64,000 bases of DNA from the NCBI GenBank assembly GCA_963776345.1, contig CAVZMH010000022.1, positions 256,001 to 320,000 of the forward strand, given 5' to 3'. Below, piece after piece: positions 54,085-64,000 of this stretch. Both the position numbers and the translations under genes were made by a program. The stretch's first letter is position 1; each line of letters begins with the position of its first letter. This DNA comes from an uncultured delta proteobacterium (lineage in GTDB: Bacteria; Myxococcota; Myxococcia; Myxococcales; Myxococcaceae). The notes below the pieces were generated by a model. That model was not told where the DNA came from and did no database searches. It was given only the letters and a program-made list of their open reading frames with translations.

Positions 54085-57000
54085 TCCAGGCCTTCGTCGG
54101 CTGGTCGGTCCGCCACCGCGTCCTGGTGGTCGGCACCACGCTGGCGCTGATGGTGGTGGGCGCCCTGGTAGGCGGCCTCCTGAAGTTCGACGCGCTTCCC
54201 GACACCACCAACAACCAGGTGCTGGTGCTCACTCGCGCCCCCGGTCTCACCCCCGAGGAGGTGGAGCGGCTGGTCAGCCGTCCGATCGAGGTGGCGCTGG
54301 GAGGCCTGCCCGGGCTGGTGGAGCAACGGAGCCTGTCACGCTACGGCATCTCGGCGGTGACCGCGGTGTTCGTGGACGGCCTCGACGTGTACCGGGCCCG
54401 GCAGATGGTCCAGGAGCGGCTCAACGGTCTGTCCTTTCCCGCCGGCGTCACCCCGCCCGAGCTCGGCCCGGTCACCGGGGGCCTGGGCGAGATCTTCCAC
54501 TTCACTCTCGACTCCCCGCGCCGCAGCCCCTCCGAGCTGCTGGAGATCGCCCAGTTCAAGGTGGCCCCGATGCTGCGCAGCGTCCGCGGCGTGGTGGAGG
54601 TGAACACCTGGGGCGGAGAGCAGCGGGTGCTCGAGGTGAAGGCCGACCCGATGCGCCTCGCTGCCCGTGGGCTCACGCTGCAGGACGTGCAGGATGCGCT
54701 GGCCAGCGCCACGGGCACCGCGCCGGGCGCGGCTCTCCCCGCGGGCTCGGGCCAGACCCTGCTCCGCGCGGTGGCCTTGCCCCGGACCGCCGGCGACCTC
54801 GGCTACGCGCTGGTGTCCCGGCGCGACTCCAACGCCAACCCGGTCCGTCTGGCCGAGGTGGCCGACATCGCGATGGGCTCCTCCACCCGCATCGGTGCGG
54901 CGAGCGAGAACGGCAAGGGCGAGACCGTCTACGTGATGGCGCAGATGCTCCGCGGCGAGAACGCGCTGAACGTGATGAAGCGGTTGAAGAAGCAGATGGT
55001 GGAGGTCCGCAAGGCCGTCCCGGAGGACGTCTTCGTCGACGTGGTCTACGACCGGAGCACGCTGGTCACCGGCACGCTCCGCACCGTCTTCAAGAACCTG
55101 CTCGAGGGCGGTCTGCTGGTGGGGGCGGTGCTCTTCCTGATGCTCGGCAGCTGGCGGGCCGGGCTGCTGGTCGCCTCCGCCATCCCGCTCTCCATGCTCG
55201 GCGCCACCGCGGCGATGGTGGCCTTCGACGTGCCCGGGAATCTGATGTCGCTCGGCGCGCTGGATTTCGGCCTCATCGTCGACGGCGCGGTGGTGATGGT
55301 GGAGGCGGTCTTCCACGGCTTCGACCGTTCCGCCCACCTGCTCCAGGACCCCAAGCGCCGCCGGACGCTCTGGGTCCGTCACGTCGAGCAGGTGACCGGG
55401 ACGGTGGCCGAGCCGGTCTTCTTCTCGGTGCTGATCATCCTGCTGGTCTACCTGCCGGTCCTGTCGCTCACCGGCGTGGACGGCAAGATGTTCCGGCCGA
55501 TGGCGCTGACCGTGGTCTTCGCCCTGGCGACCTCGCTGGTGCTCTCGCTCACCTTCGTCCCGGCGGCGACCGCGCTCTTCCTCGGGCCGAGGGACGTCCC
55601 GGACGGTGCTCCGTTCCTGGTGCGGTGGATCGAGCGGGGCTACCGGCCGCTCCTTCGCGCCGCGGAGGCCCGCCCCTGGGTGGTGGCCGCCAGTTCGGCG
55701 GTGCTCCTCGCGCTCGGGGGTCTCTTCTTCGCCCGGGCCGGAAGCGAGTTCGTCCCGCAGCTCGACGAGGGGGACCTGGTGGCGCAGGTGACGCGGGCGG
55801 CGGACATCTCGCTCGACACCGCGGTCTCCGAGGCAGGGAAGCTCGAGGCGGTGATGATGCAGAAGGTTCCGGAGGTGAAGGAGGTGGTCTCTCGCATCGG
55901 AAGCCCGGCGGTGGCCACCGACATCATGGGACTCGAGCAGGCGGACGTCTTCGTGCTGCTCAGGGCCCGGGACAGCTGGCGACCGGGCGTCGACAAGGTG
56001 CAGATCATCGCGGAGATCGACCGGGCAGCGAAGTCGATCAACGCCAACGCCGAGATCTCCTTCACCCAGCCGATCCAGATGCGCTTCAACGAGCTGCTGG
56101 GTGGCTCGGTGGCCGACGTCGCCATCTCCATCTACGGCGACGACCTGGCGGAGCTGAGCCGCCTCGCGGCGCGCACCGCGGAGGTGGTGGGGCGGGTCCC
56201 CGGCGCCGTCGACACCCGGGTGATCGCGCCGCCGGCGGTCTCGCTGCTGGAGGTACGGCCGCGACCGCTGGACGCCTCGCGGGCCGGCTTCACGGTGAAG
56301 AACCTGCTCGAGGCCGTCCAGTCGATCCGGACCGGCGTGGAGGTGGGAGCGACGTACGACGGGCCGCTGCGGGTCCCCATCCTGCTCCGGCTGGGGGGAG
56401 GGGCCAACGCCTTCACCCTGGGCGACCTGTCCATCCCCGCTCCGAGCGGGGGCCTTGTGCCGCTGGGGCGCGTCGCCGACGTGGAGCTGACCACCTCGCC
56501 GAGCCTCGTCTCGCGGCAGAACGGGGAGCGGCGCATCGTGGTCGGCTTCAACGTCCGCGGCGCCGACCTGGGCTCGGTGGTGAAGCAGGCCGAGACGCTG
56601 GTGGCCGGCGAGCTGAAGCTGCCGCGCGGCTACCGTCTCGACTGGGGTGGTCAGTACGAGACCCTGGTGGACGCGAAGCGACGCCTCTTGATCGTCATCC
56701 CGGCGGTGATGGTCCTGATCATGGCGGTGCTCCTCTACGCCTTCCGGAAGCTGCGCCCGGCACTGCTCATCTTCCTCAACGTCCCGTTCGCCTCGGTGGG
56801 CGGGATGCTGCTGCTCGCGATGCGCGGCATGCCGGTGTCGATCTCCGCCGCGGTGGGGTTCATCGCGCTCTCCGGAATCGCGGTGCTCAACGGCGTGGTC
56901 CTCATGTCCCGGTTGCTCGCGCTGGAGGTGTCGGGGCTGGCACCGGGTGCTGCGGCCATGGGTGCGGCGAGGGAGCGGGCCCGTCCGGTGCTGATGACCG

Positions 57001-57242
57001 CGCTCGTCGCCGCCCTGGGCTTCGTGCCGATGATGCTCGCCAGCGGCGTGGGCGCCGAGGTGCAGCGGCCGCTGGCGACGGTGGTGGTCGGCGGGCTGGT
57101 GACCTCGACCCTCCTCACGCTGCTCATCCTCCCCAGCCTCTATCCCTGGTTCGCTCGCATCGGAGCGAAGGCCGAGCCGGAGGGCGAGCCGGAGCGTCCG
57201 TCGACGCCGGGAATGGTCCCCGCCGGCGACACCGAGCGCTAG
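54081..57242 (+). CDS. czcA: Heavy-metal RND efflux permease (CzcA/CusA family)
   Basis: DALPD, GPVTGGLGEIF, NLMSLGALDFGLIVDGAVVMVE, GKMFRPMA, RPVLMTALVAALGFVPM, GAEVQRPLATVVVGG. Confidence 0.9.
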   Translation: MIQAFVGWSVRHRVLVVGTTLALMVVGALVGGLLKFDALPDTTNNQVLVLTRAPGLTPEEVERLVSRPIEVALGGLPGLVEQRSLSRYGISAVTAVFVDGLDVYRARQMVQERLNGLSFPAGVTPPELGPVTGGLGEIFHFTLDSPRRSPSELLEIAQFKVAPMLRSVRGVVEVNTWGGEQRVLEVKADPMRLAARGLTLQDVQDALASATGTAPGAALPAGSGQTLLRAVALPRTAGDLGYALVSRRDSNANPVRLAEVADIAMGSSTRIGAASENGKGETVYVMAQMLRGENALNVMKRLKKQMVEVRKAVPEDVFVDVVYDRSTLVTGTLRTVFKNLLEGGLLVGAVLFLMLGSWRAGLLVASAIPLSMLGATAAMVAFDVPGNLMSLGALDFGLIVDGAVVMVEAVFHGFDRSAHLLQDPKRRRTLWVRHVEQVTGTVAEPVFFSVLIILLVYLPVLSLTGVDGKMFRPMALTVVFALATSLVLSLTFVPAATALFLGPRDVPDGAPFLVRWIERGYRPLLRAAEARPWVVAASSAVLLALGGLFFARAGSEFVPQLDEGDLVAQVTRAADISLDTAVSEAGKLEAVMMQKVPEVKEVVSRIGSPAVATDIMGLEQADVFVLLRARDSWRPGVDKVQIIAEIDRAAKSINANAEISFTQPIQMRFNELLGGSVADVAISIYGDDLAELSRLAARTAEVVGRVPGAVDTRVIAPPAVSLLEVRPRPLDASRAGFTVKNLLEAVQSIRTGVEVGATYDGPLRVPILLRLGGGANAFTLGDLSIPAPSGGLVPLGRVADVELTTSPSLVSRQNGERRIVVGFNVRGADLGSVVKQAETLVAGELKLPRGYRLDWGGQYETLVDAKRRLLIVIPAVMVLIMAVLLYAFRKLRPALLIFLNVPFASVGGMLLLAMRGMPVSISAAVGFIALSGIAVLNGVVLMSRLLALEVSGLAPGAAAMGAARERARPVLMTALVAALGFVPMMLASGVGAEVQRPLATVVVGGLVTSTLLTLLILPSLYPWFARIGAKAEPEGEPERPSTPGMVPAGDTER

Positions 57243-57265
57243 GCGCAGGCGGCGCGGGCCGGCAC

Positions 57266-58003
57266 TCAGCGGACCAGCGAGGTCAGCCGGTCAGCGAGGC
57301 CCAGCCAGCCAGGGGTGAAGGCGATGGCCAGGCGCGCGGGAACCGAGAGCACCACGAACAGGCCACCCCAGAGCGTGGCCGGGTGAAGCCGCCCGCGGGT
57401 GCTCAGGTCCCACACCACCAGCGGGACCAGGAACAAGGTGGTGACCCCGAGGACCACCGGCGGGCCGAGCCCGAGATAGAAGATCAACCAGCGGGCGAGG
57501 GCTGGGGGCAGCAGTCCGATGGTCGCCAGCAGCATCAGCCGCTTGTGCGCCTGCGGACGGCGCCGGGCGACGACCGCCGCGGCGAAGAGGACGGCGAAGA
57601 CCAGCAGGGCGAAGAGCGGGACGACCAGGAAGCGCCGGGCGTCGAGGCCCGGTGGCGAGACACCCCGCCCCACGGCCTGAAGCGCCGTGACGGTGCCCAC
57701 CCCGAGCATCAGGACGGCGAGCGCCACGCCGGCGAGCCCGAGGCGCCGGTGGAGCGGAACTCTCCCCGTCGCCACCAGGCGCGCCTGGACGACGAGCAGC
57801 ACCATCCACCCGCTGAAGAGGAGAGCGTGGACGTGGATGAGACCGGTGACCGGCAGCTGACCGGCGAGTGCAGGGGCCGGAAGCAGCGGTCGGAGGTAAT
57901 AGGTCCGCGCGAAGCCGGCGAAGACGACCAGGGCCATGAAGACCGTGAACCCGCTGTAGAACGCGCGTTCCGGGTTCGGCGTTGCGAGCGCGACCTTGGT
58001 CAT
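57266..58003 (-). CDS. Multi-pass membrane protein with conserved-looking His residues
   Basis: GFARTYYL, HVHALLFSGW, HRRLG, HKRLMLLATI, WD....RLHPAT; about 6-7 TM helices. Confidence 0.8.
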   Translation of the reverse strand: MTKVALATPNPERAFYSGFTVFMALVVFAGFARTYYLRPLLPAPALAGQLPVTGLIHVHALLFSGWMVLLVVQARLVATGRVPLHRRLGLAGVALAVLMLGVGTVTALQAVGRGVSPPGLDARRFLVVPLFALLVFAVLFAAAVVARRRPQAHKRLMLLATIGLLPPALARWLIFYLGLGPPVVLGVTTLFLVPLVVWDLSTRGRLHPATLWGGLFVVLSVPARLAIAFTPGWLGLADRLTSLVR

Positions 58004-58315
58004 CCACGTCCCCGTTTCGTGAAGTTCCGGCAGATCACGTCCGCATCCTAGAGGCCAGCGCCCTGGAGACGGAGCATCTCGGGCATCGTGATGCCCCTCC
58101 GGCCATGTGCTGCGGTGCGGTGCGCGCGCTCGCCCGCCGCTCCGAACCGGCCTCGCGCCGCAAGCAGTGATGGAGCGTCCGCGAGGGAGGGGTCACCGAT
58201 GACCGCGCGTCCATTCCTTGCCACTCCCCCCGGGCGACCCGTAAGAACGCGGGCCGCCCCGGTGGCGACAGCGGAGGTTCGAACGATGAACGGAGTCCCG
58301 ACCGTCCCCGGTGCC

Positions 58316-61277
58316 ATGCGCCGGTCGACCGCGCCGCTGCTCCTCGCCGCCGTCGCGCTGCTCGCCCCCGCGGCACGGGCCGACGGCGGGCTCGAGTACT
58401 TCAAGAACTTCTTCGTCACCGGCGATGCGCTCGTCTCCGGGGTGCAGCTGCAGCACCAGGGGGTCAACGGCTTCGCCACCGGGCAGGTGACGGTCGATCC
58501 GGCGCAGATTCCCGCGGGCGCGGAGATCGTCGCCGCCTACCTCTACTGGCAGACGATCTACCGCGGCGCGGCGCCGGCGCCCTCCGCCCTGCCAGGCGCG
58601 AAGTTCAAGAAGAACGACATCCGCGGGAGCACCGTGCTGCTCGGCCCGGCCAGCGCGAGCCCGTGCTGGGACGACGACGGTGGGAAGGACAACCGGACCG
58701 TCTACACCTACCGCGCCGACGTGCTGCGCTTCTTTCCCGCGCATCCGCCCGGCGGACACCACCCGCCCGGTCCAGGTGCTGGTCGGCGGGGCGCACGAGG
58801 TCACGCTCCCGGACGCGGGCAAGAGCAAGCGGCTCCCGACGACGCTCGGGGCGGGCCTGGTCGTGGTCTACCGGGTCACCGGCTACGATCCGGCGAGCGG
58901 CTACAACGCACCGAGGCAGCCCCTCCGGTCGATCGTCATCTTCGACAAGAGCGGGGCTCAGGACGTCCCGGGCCGCCCGCTGACCGCGACGCTGGAGGGG
59001 TTCTACGAGGCCTCGCGAACCGCCCCCCACGCCAAGCTGTCGCTCCTGCTGTCGACGGGTGCCGCCGGGGACCGCGACGACGATCACCACGGGGACAAGA
59101 AGCGCCAGGACGACGGCCAGAGCTGGCGCGTCCTCCTGTCCAGCACCCTCTCCCCGGCCGACAGCGCGCTCGTCGGCACCCGCCCCTCCGGGAGCGACGC
59201 AGGCTTCGGTGCGGTGACCTTCGGCTCGGTGCCGCTCGAGCCCGGGGCGATGAAGGCGCTGGTCACCGTCGATGCGGGCAAGGACCGGGGCTGCAGCTGC
59301 CTCACCTGGGGCGCCGCCGTGCTCAGCACGGAGGTGCAGGACTCCGACGGCGACGGCCTGGTCGACGCCTGGGAGGAACGGGCCGAATGGGAGGAGCTCT
59401 CCCGCACGGTGCCGCCCTGCGCCTCCGCGAGCCTGGGCTCGGTCTACCCGAGCTGGCCTCTCACCGACCCGACCGGCGTGCCGTTGCCGGACCTCCAGGC
59501 GATGGGCGCGAGCCGAGGCATCCAGGACCTCTTCGTCCAGATCGACTACTTGACCGGAACCGGTCACACCCACCTGCCGAGCAAGGCCGCCCTCTTCGCC
59601 GTGGCGAACGCCTTCCACGGCGCCGCGCCGCGCGCCGCGCGCGCCAGCGGTCCCATCGCCGTGCACTTCGACATCGGCGCTCCACCGCCCGGCTGGAGCG
59701 TCGCCGCCTGCGGGGCCACCTGGACCCCGGACTGCGCCATCGTCCCCGCTGCCCTGGCGAAGGGCGGAGTTGCGATCCCCGAATCGGTCTGCTCCGACCC
59801 CGCCAAGTGCGCCTTCCCGGCCTCGAACGTCCCGGGCATCGTCGGGTGGAAGAACGGCTTCCGGGCCTACCGTGATCCGCGCTTTGCGCGAAACCGGAAG
59901 GACATCTTCCACTACGCGCTCTTCGCCCACGCCCTCGGTTACCCGTCGCCCACTGACCCGGCGCAGCCGCGGAAGACCTCCGGCATCTCGGACGTCTCCG
60001 GCGGGGATCTCATGGTGACCCTCGGCCTGTGGGACAACCAGAGCGATCTGGTCCAGGCGGCGACGCTGATGCACGAGCTCGGCCACAACCTCGGGCTCCG
60101 GCACGGAGGCATCGGCCCCTCGGGCGGCCTGGAGCCGAACTGCAGGCCCAACTACCAGAGCGTGATGAACTACCTCTTCCAGGTGGCGGGGCTGCTCACG
60201 CCCGAGGGCACGCCGGTCATCGACTTCTCGCGCCAGGCGCTGCTGGCGCTGAACGAGTCCAGGCTGGTCGAGGCGAGCGGGCTCGGTCCGACCGACTACC
60301 TGGCGCGCTGGTATGCGCCCAAGAGCACCAGCTTCATCGACCAGGCGCTGAACACCACCCCCGCCACCCGTCACTGCGACGGCACGCCGCTCGGGCCTCT
60401 CGACACCACCCCGTATGTCCGCGTCGACGCCGATCCGCGCCGGCTGGCCTCCAGCACGCCGGAGGCGCTCGACTGGAACGGAGACGGGACGATCACCACC
60501 GCGCCCAGCGCGCCCCTGGACATCAACTTCGACGGGATGCTCGACAGCTTCGACCCGGGCTCCAACGACTTCGCCACGATGGACCTCCGCCAGGTCGGGG
60601 GCCGCCGGAGCATCGGCAGTCAGAGCATGAGCCAGAGCGTGGTCGATCCGGTGACGGGTCTGGCGCCGGCCACGCCGATCGGCGGCGGCCTGTCCCTGGA
60701 CGCCCGGCCGGAGGACCTCGGCTACGGGGACCTGGGCTACGGAGATCTCGGCTACGGGGATCTCGGGTACGGAGACCTGGGCTACGGCGACCTCGGCTAC
60801 GGCGACCTCGGGTACGGAGACCTGGGCTACGGCGACCTCGGCATCCCGGCCGACGAGCCGCTCGGCTCTGGCGACCTGGACCTCGAGACCGCCAAGACGC
60901 TGGCCAGCAACCCGACCGGTCTGACTGCGACCGTGGTGAAGAGCGGGCAGGGAGACGATCGGTCCCGGAAGCAGCGCAAGGATGACGACGACGACTGCTC
61001 CAGGCTCTCCGTCCTGCTTGCGTGGCAGGCGCCCAACGTGAGCGGAGCGATCGGCTACCAGGTCTACCGGGTGGCCGGCGCCGGCGTCACGCCGGAGAAC
61101 CTCGCCCGCAAGGTGCTCGTCGCCAACCTCAGGACCGGCCAGTTCACCTCGGCCACCGACACCGGGATCAAGAAGCGGGGGACCTACACCTACTTCGTGG
61201 TGGCGACGGTCAAGGCTCCCGACGGAACCGTCACGGTCCAGAGCGGCCCGTCGAACTTCGCCACCGTCACCCTCTAG
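58316..61277 (+). CDS. Large secreted protein with Zn-metalloprotease motif, GDLGY repeats and C-terminal FN3-like domain; one apparent +1 frameshift near 58738
   Basis: Signal peptide ending ARA; DSDGDGLVDAWE; HELGHNLGLRH with SVMNY Met-turn; DWNGDG and DINFDG Ca-binding-like motifs; PTGLTA..LAWQAP..GYQVYR..TYTYFVVA. Confidence 0.85.
60711..60845 (+). repeat. Nine tandem 15-bp units encoding (G/E)DLG(Y/I)
   Basis: EDLGY, seven GDLGY, GDLGI; the seven GDLGY units differ only at synonymous positions. Confidence 0.95.
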
Positions 61278-64000
61278 GGCTGGCGCGGGTCGGGGCCCGC
61301 GCGGCGGCGGGCGTCCCGGAGCAACGGGTCCTCGCCCGCCGGGCCGCGCAAGGCGAGGTAACGGCGGTACGCCTCGGCGAAGTTGGCCGTTCCCATCCCT
61401 TCCCGGGCCCGGCCCCGGTAGTAGTCGACCAGCGGGAAGAAGGCGTAGGTGGGCTCCTCGTCGAGGAAGAGCGCGAGCGCCTCGCCGCGACGGCTGACAC
61501 AGCGATCGAGCTCGGAGTCCGCCTGGGCAAAGGCCCCCGCCTCGACGTAGGCGCGGCCGAGGGTGAAGCGGCCGATCCAGGTGTCGAGCAGCACGTTGGC
61601 GTCGGTCGCGGCGAGGATCGCCTTCCGGGGGTCGCGGGCCGCGAGCGCGAGCTCGGCCTCGACCAGCTTGGCGTACGCCCGGGGCTCTGCCTGCAGCTCG
61701 GCGCCCAGCCCGTCGGCGAGCTTCCAGGCCTCCCGCTTCGCCCCGGTCTGGGCGTACACCCACGCGGCGAGGAAGCGGATCTTGACCGAGGTGCTCAGCT
61801 CCAGCGCACGCTTCGCCGCGGCGATCGCCTCCGCGTTCCGCCCCAGCGCGAGCTGGGCGTGGGCCACCGCGGCCAGCTTCGCCGCGGCCCGGTCCGCGCT
61901 CTTCGCCGCCCGGTCGGCGATCGCTCCGGCCTCGAGGATCTGCACCGCCTCGGTGAAGCGCCCCTGGTACGCCGCGAGGTCGCCGAGCCCGGAAGCCGCG
62001 TGCGAGGCCCCGAGGGCGTTGACCTTGGCGAACTCGGCGTAGGTCGCCGCGGCCGCGTCGAGGCGGCCCAGGCCGAGCTGGGCGAAGCCGAGCGGCACGA
62101 ACCCGATGGGCGTCATCTCCTTCGCCCGTCTGGCCTCCTCCTCCGCGGTCCCGAAATCGCTGGCGTAGGCCGCGTACAGCGCGAGGTTCACCCGGTACAG
62201 CGCGCGGTTGGGAAGAATCTTCACCGCCGCCCGGATCCCCTCCAGCGCCTTGGGCATGTCGCGGAGGCGAGTCCAGCAGAGCGCGAGGTTGTTGCGCGCG
62301 GCGGCATCCGCCGTGTAGCGGGCGATCAGCGCCCCGTATTCCTTGACGCACGACGGGTAGTCGGCGGTCAGGAAGTAGTAGAGCCCGCGCGTCCGGAACC
62401 GCTCCCGATCGGTCATCCCGTCCACGTGGCGAACCGCCTCGGTGATCTGGTGCTCCGCGTCCTGCTGGTTCCCGACGTTCGCCGCGGCGATCGCCATCCC
62501 GGCGTAGGCGAGGCCGAACTTCGGGTCCCCGGCCACGGCCCTGGCGAAGCTGCTCCGGGCGTCGTCGAACCGGCTGTTGGCCAGCGCATCCATCGCCAGC
62601 GCGTAGTCGTGGATGACGGCCAGCGAGGTGGCGGAGAGGGTCTCCATCGCGAAGCGCTGCTTGGCGTCCGAGGCGTCGTCGCCAAGGGCCTCGCGGATCC
62701 GGTCCGAGAGCTTGACCGTCGCGGCCAGCACCCCGTCCTTGCCGTCCGCCGTTCCCCGCGCCTTCGCCAGGACCGCGCCGGTGACTGCCTGGGTCGCCGC
62801 GGCGCTGATCTGGAACCCGCTGCCCGCCCGCTCGATGCTCCCCGAGAGCACCACCCCGACCCCCTGCTTCACCGCCAGCTCGCGCGCGGCCTGGGCATCG
62901 AGCCGTTCCGGAGGCTGGACCCCGAGCGCCCGCTTGATGTCGCTGCGGGTGTAGGCGGTGATGAAGTCGGCGCTCTCCAGCGAGAGCTTGGTCACCGGCT
63001 CGAGCGTCCGGTCGAAGGCCGGGTCGCCGGTCCCGTTGGCGAAGTCGGCGAGGACGACGCTGATCGGAGCCTTGGAGACCGGCGCCGGCTTGGGCGAGAA
63101 GTACCACCAGGCCAGGGCGATGACCGCGAGCGCGCCGGCCCCGATTCCCAGGACGCGCCAGAGGCCGACGGTGCTCTTCACCCGGATCCGGCGCCCATCG
63201 TCGCCGATCCGCTCCAGCGCCTCGGCCAGATCCGCCGATCTCTGGAAGCGCCGCGCTGGATCGGGCTCGATGCAGCGGGCGATCAGGGCGTCGAGCGCCT
63301 CGGGCACCTCGGGCACCACCGACTTCACGTGGGGGAGAGGCTCGCGGGTCCGCAACTGGAGCTCGGCGAGCGCGCTCTCGGCCCGGGAGCTCCTGGTGGG
63401 CCCGGCCAGCATGTCGTAGAGCATCAGCCCCAGCGTGTAGATGTCCGCCCGCTGGTCGACGGGATCTCCGCGGGCCTGCTCCGGCGGCATGTACTCCATG
63501 GTCCCGATGACCGAGCCCACCCGGGTGAAGTCGGAATAGCGGCCCGCGCGGCGGCCCGAACCCGAGAAGGCGTCTCCGATGCTCGCTCCGCCTTCACCTC
63601 CCACGTCGGAGGTCAGCCGGGCGACGCCGAAGTCGGTGATCACCGCGTCGCCGTTGACGCCGATCATCACGTTGGCCGGCTTCAGGTCGCGGTGGATGAC
63701 GCCCGCGGCGTGCGCGGCGGCGAGGCCCGCGCAGATCTGCCGGGCGATGTTGACCACCCGGGGCACCGGGAGGCGACCCTCGCGGTGGAGGATGGTCGCC
63801 AGGTCGATGCCCTCGACGTAGGACATCGTGATGTACTTCATCCCGTTGATCTCGCCGATGTCGTGGATGCGGACGACGTTGTTGTGCGAGATGAGGCGAG
63901 CGAGCAGCAGCTCCCGCTTGAAGCGCTGCTGGATCTCGGCGGCGGCCGCTGCGTCCGCCATGATCTCCGGGCGGATCAGCTTGATGGCGACGTCGATGCC
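61274..64000 (-). CDS. Ser/Thr protein kinase with TM helix and TPR repeats (5' end outside window)
   Basis: VAIKLIRP at the window edge, HRDLKPAN, DFG, GTMEYMPPE; TM helix; DFANGTGDPAFD adaptor; TPRs. Confidence 0.92.
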   Translation of the reverse strand, partial: GIDVAIKLIRPEIMADAAAAAEIQQRFKRELLLARLISHNNVVRIHDIGEINGMKYITMSYVEGIDLATILHREGRLPVPRVVNIARQICAGLAAAHAAGVIHRDLKPANVMIGVNGDAVITDFGVARLTSDVGGEGGASIGDAFSGSGRRAGRYSDFTRVGSVIGTMEYMPPEQARGDPVDQRADIYTLGLMLYDMLAGPTRSSRAESALAELQLRTREPLPHVKSVVPEVPEALDALIARCIEPDPARRFQRSADLAEALERIGDDGRRIRVKSTVGLWRVLGIGAGALAVIALAWWYFSPKPAPVSKAPISVVLADFANGTGDPAFDRTLEPVTKLSLESADFITAYTRSDIKRALGVQPPERLDAQAARELAVKQGVGVVLSGSIERAGSGFQISAAATQAVTGAVLAKARGTADGKDGVLAATVKLSDRIREALGDDASDAKQRFAMETLSATSLAVIHDYALAMDALANSRFDDARSSFARAVAGDPKFGLAYAGMAIAAANVGNQQDAEHQITEAVRHVDGMTDRERFRTRGLYYFLTADYPSCVKEYGALIARYTADAAARNNLALCWTRLRDMPKALEGIRAAVKILPNRALYRVNLALYAAYASDFGTAEEEARRAKEMTPIGFVPLGFAQLGLGRLDAAAATYAEFAKVNALGASHAASGLGDLAAYQGRFTEAVQILEAGAIADRAAKSADRAAAKLAAVAHAQLALGRNAEAIAAAKRALELSTSVKIRFLAAWVYAQTGAKREAWKLADGLGAELQAEPRAYAKLVEAELALAARDPRKAILAATDANVLLDTWIGRFTLGRAYVEAGAFAQADSELDRCVSRRGEALALFLDEEPTYAFFPLVDYYRGRAREGMGTANFAEAYRRYLALRGPAGEDPLLRDARRRAGPDPRQP

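Noticed and set aside
58081..58096. Inverted repeat GGGCATC-GT-GATGCCC between divergent genes
   Set aside because: Single GC-rich dyad with no U-tract or second copy; not enough to call a terminator or operator.
60711..60845. 15-bp tandem repeat as a CRISPR array or non-coding VNTR
   Set aside because: No spacers and no cas genes. It is in frame within a CDS and varies almost only at synonymous sites.
1..64000. tRNA (including tRNA-Sec), rRNA, IS elements, prophage or defence systems
   Set aside because: None recognised by eye. A covariance-model search (tRNAscan-SE, Infernal/Rfam) would be needed to exclude small RNAs in the longer intergenic gaps, e.g. 29011-29321 and 42847-43096.

Overview
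Very GC-rich bacterial DNA, most likely from a myxobacterium (Myxococcota). The basis is inferential: lolA-rimO-rnj housekeeping genes, large Hanks-type Ser/Thr kinases, many Cys-rich lipoproteins and bacillithiol genes. I count about 55 coding regions and see no rRNA, tRNA, CRISPR array, transposase or integrase. Recognisable modules: (1) a carbamoyltransferase / SxtJ-like / DUF5989 / SGNH-TPR cassette; (2) a molybdopterin oxidoreductase; (3) bshC-bshA, divergent from a secreted PIG-L deacetylase / small membrane protein / sodium:solute symporter / DinB run; (4) a CorA + CzcCBA-type metal efflux block with a sigma-54-like promoter; (5) a secreted Zn-metalloprotease-like protein with nine GDLGY pentapeptide repeats. 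Four genes carry seven single-base frameshifts, which look like sequencing/assembly errors. The best novel candidate is a probable selenoprotein at 27673..28404 (-), which the ORF track splits in two. It has a signal peptide ending in A-R-A, then an in-frame TGA at codon 26 (predicted residue +1 of the mature protein). Exactly 11 nt after the TGA is a perfect 7-bp hairpin with a GGUCU loop, matching the E. coli fdhF SECIS geometry. The rest of the ORF is an outer-membrane beta-barrel-like domain ending in Phe. It lies head-to-head with an LTxxQ (Spy/CpxP-like) lipoprotein.
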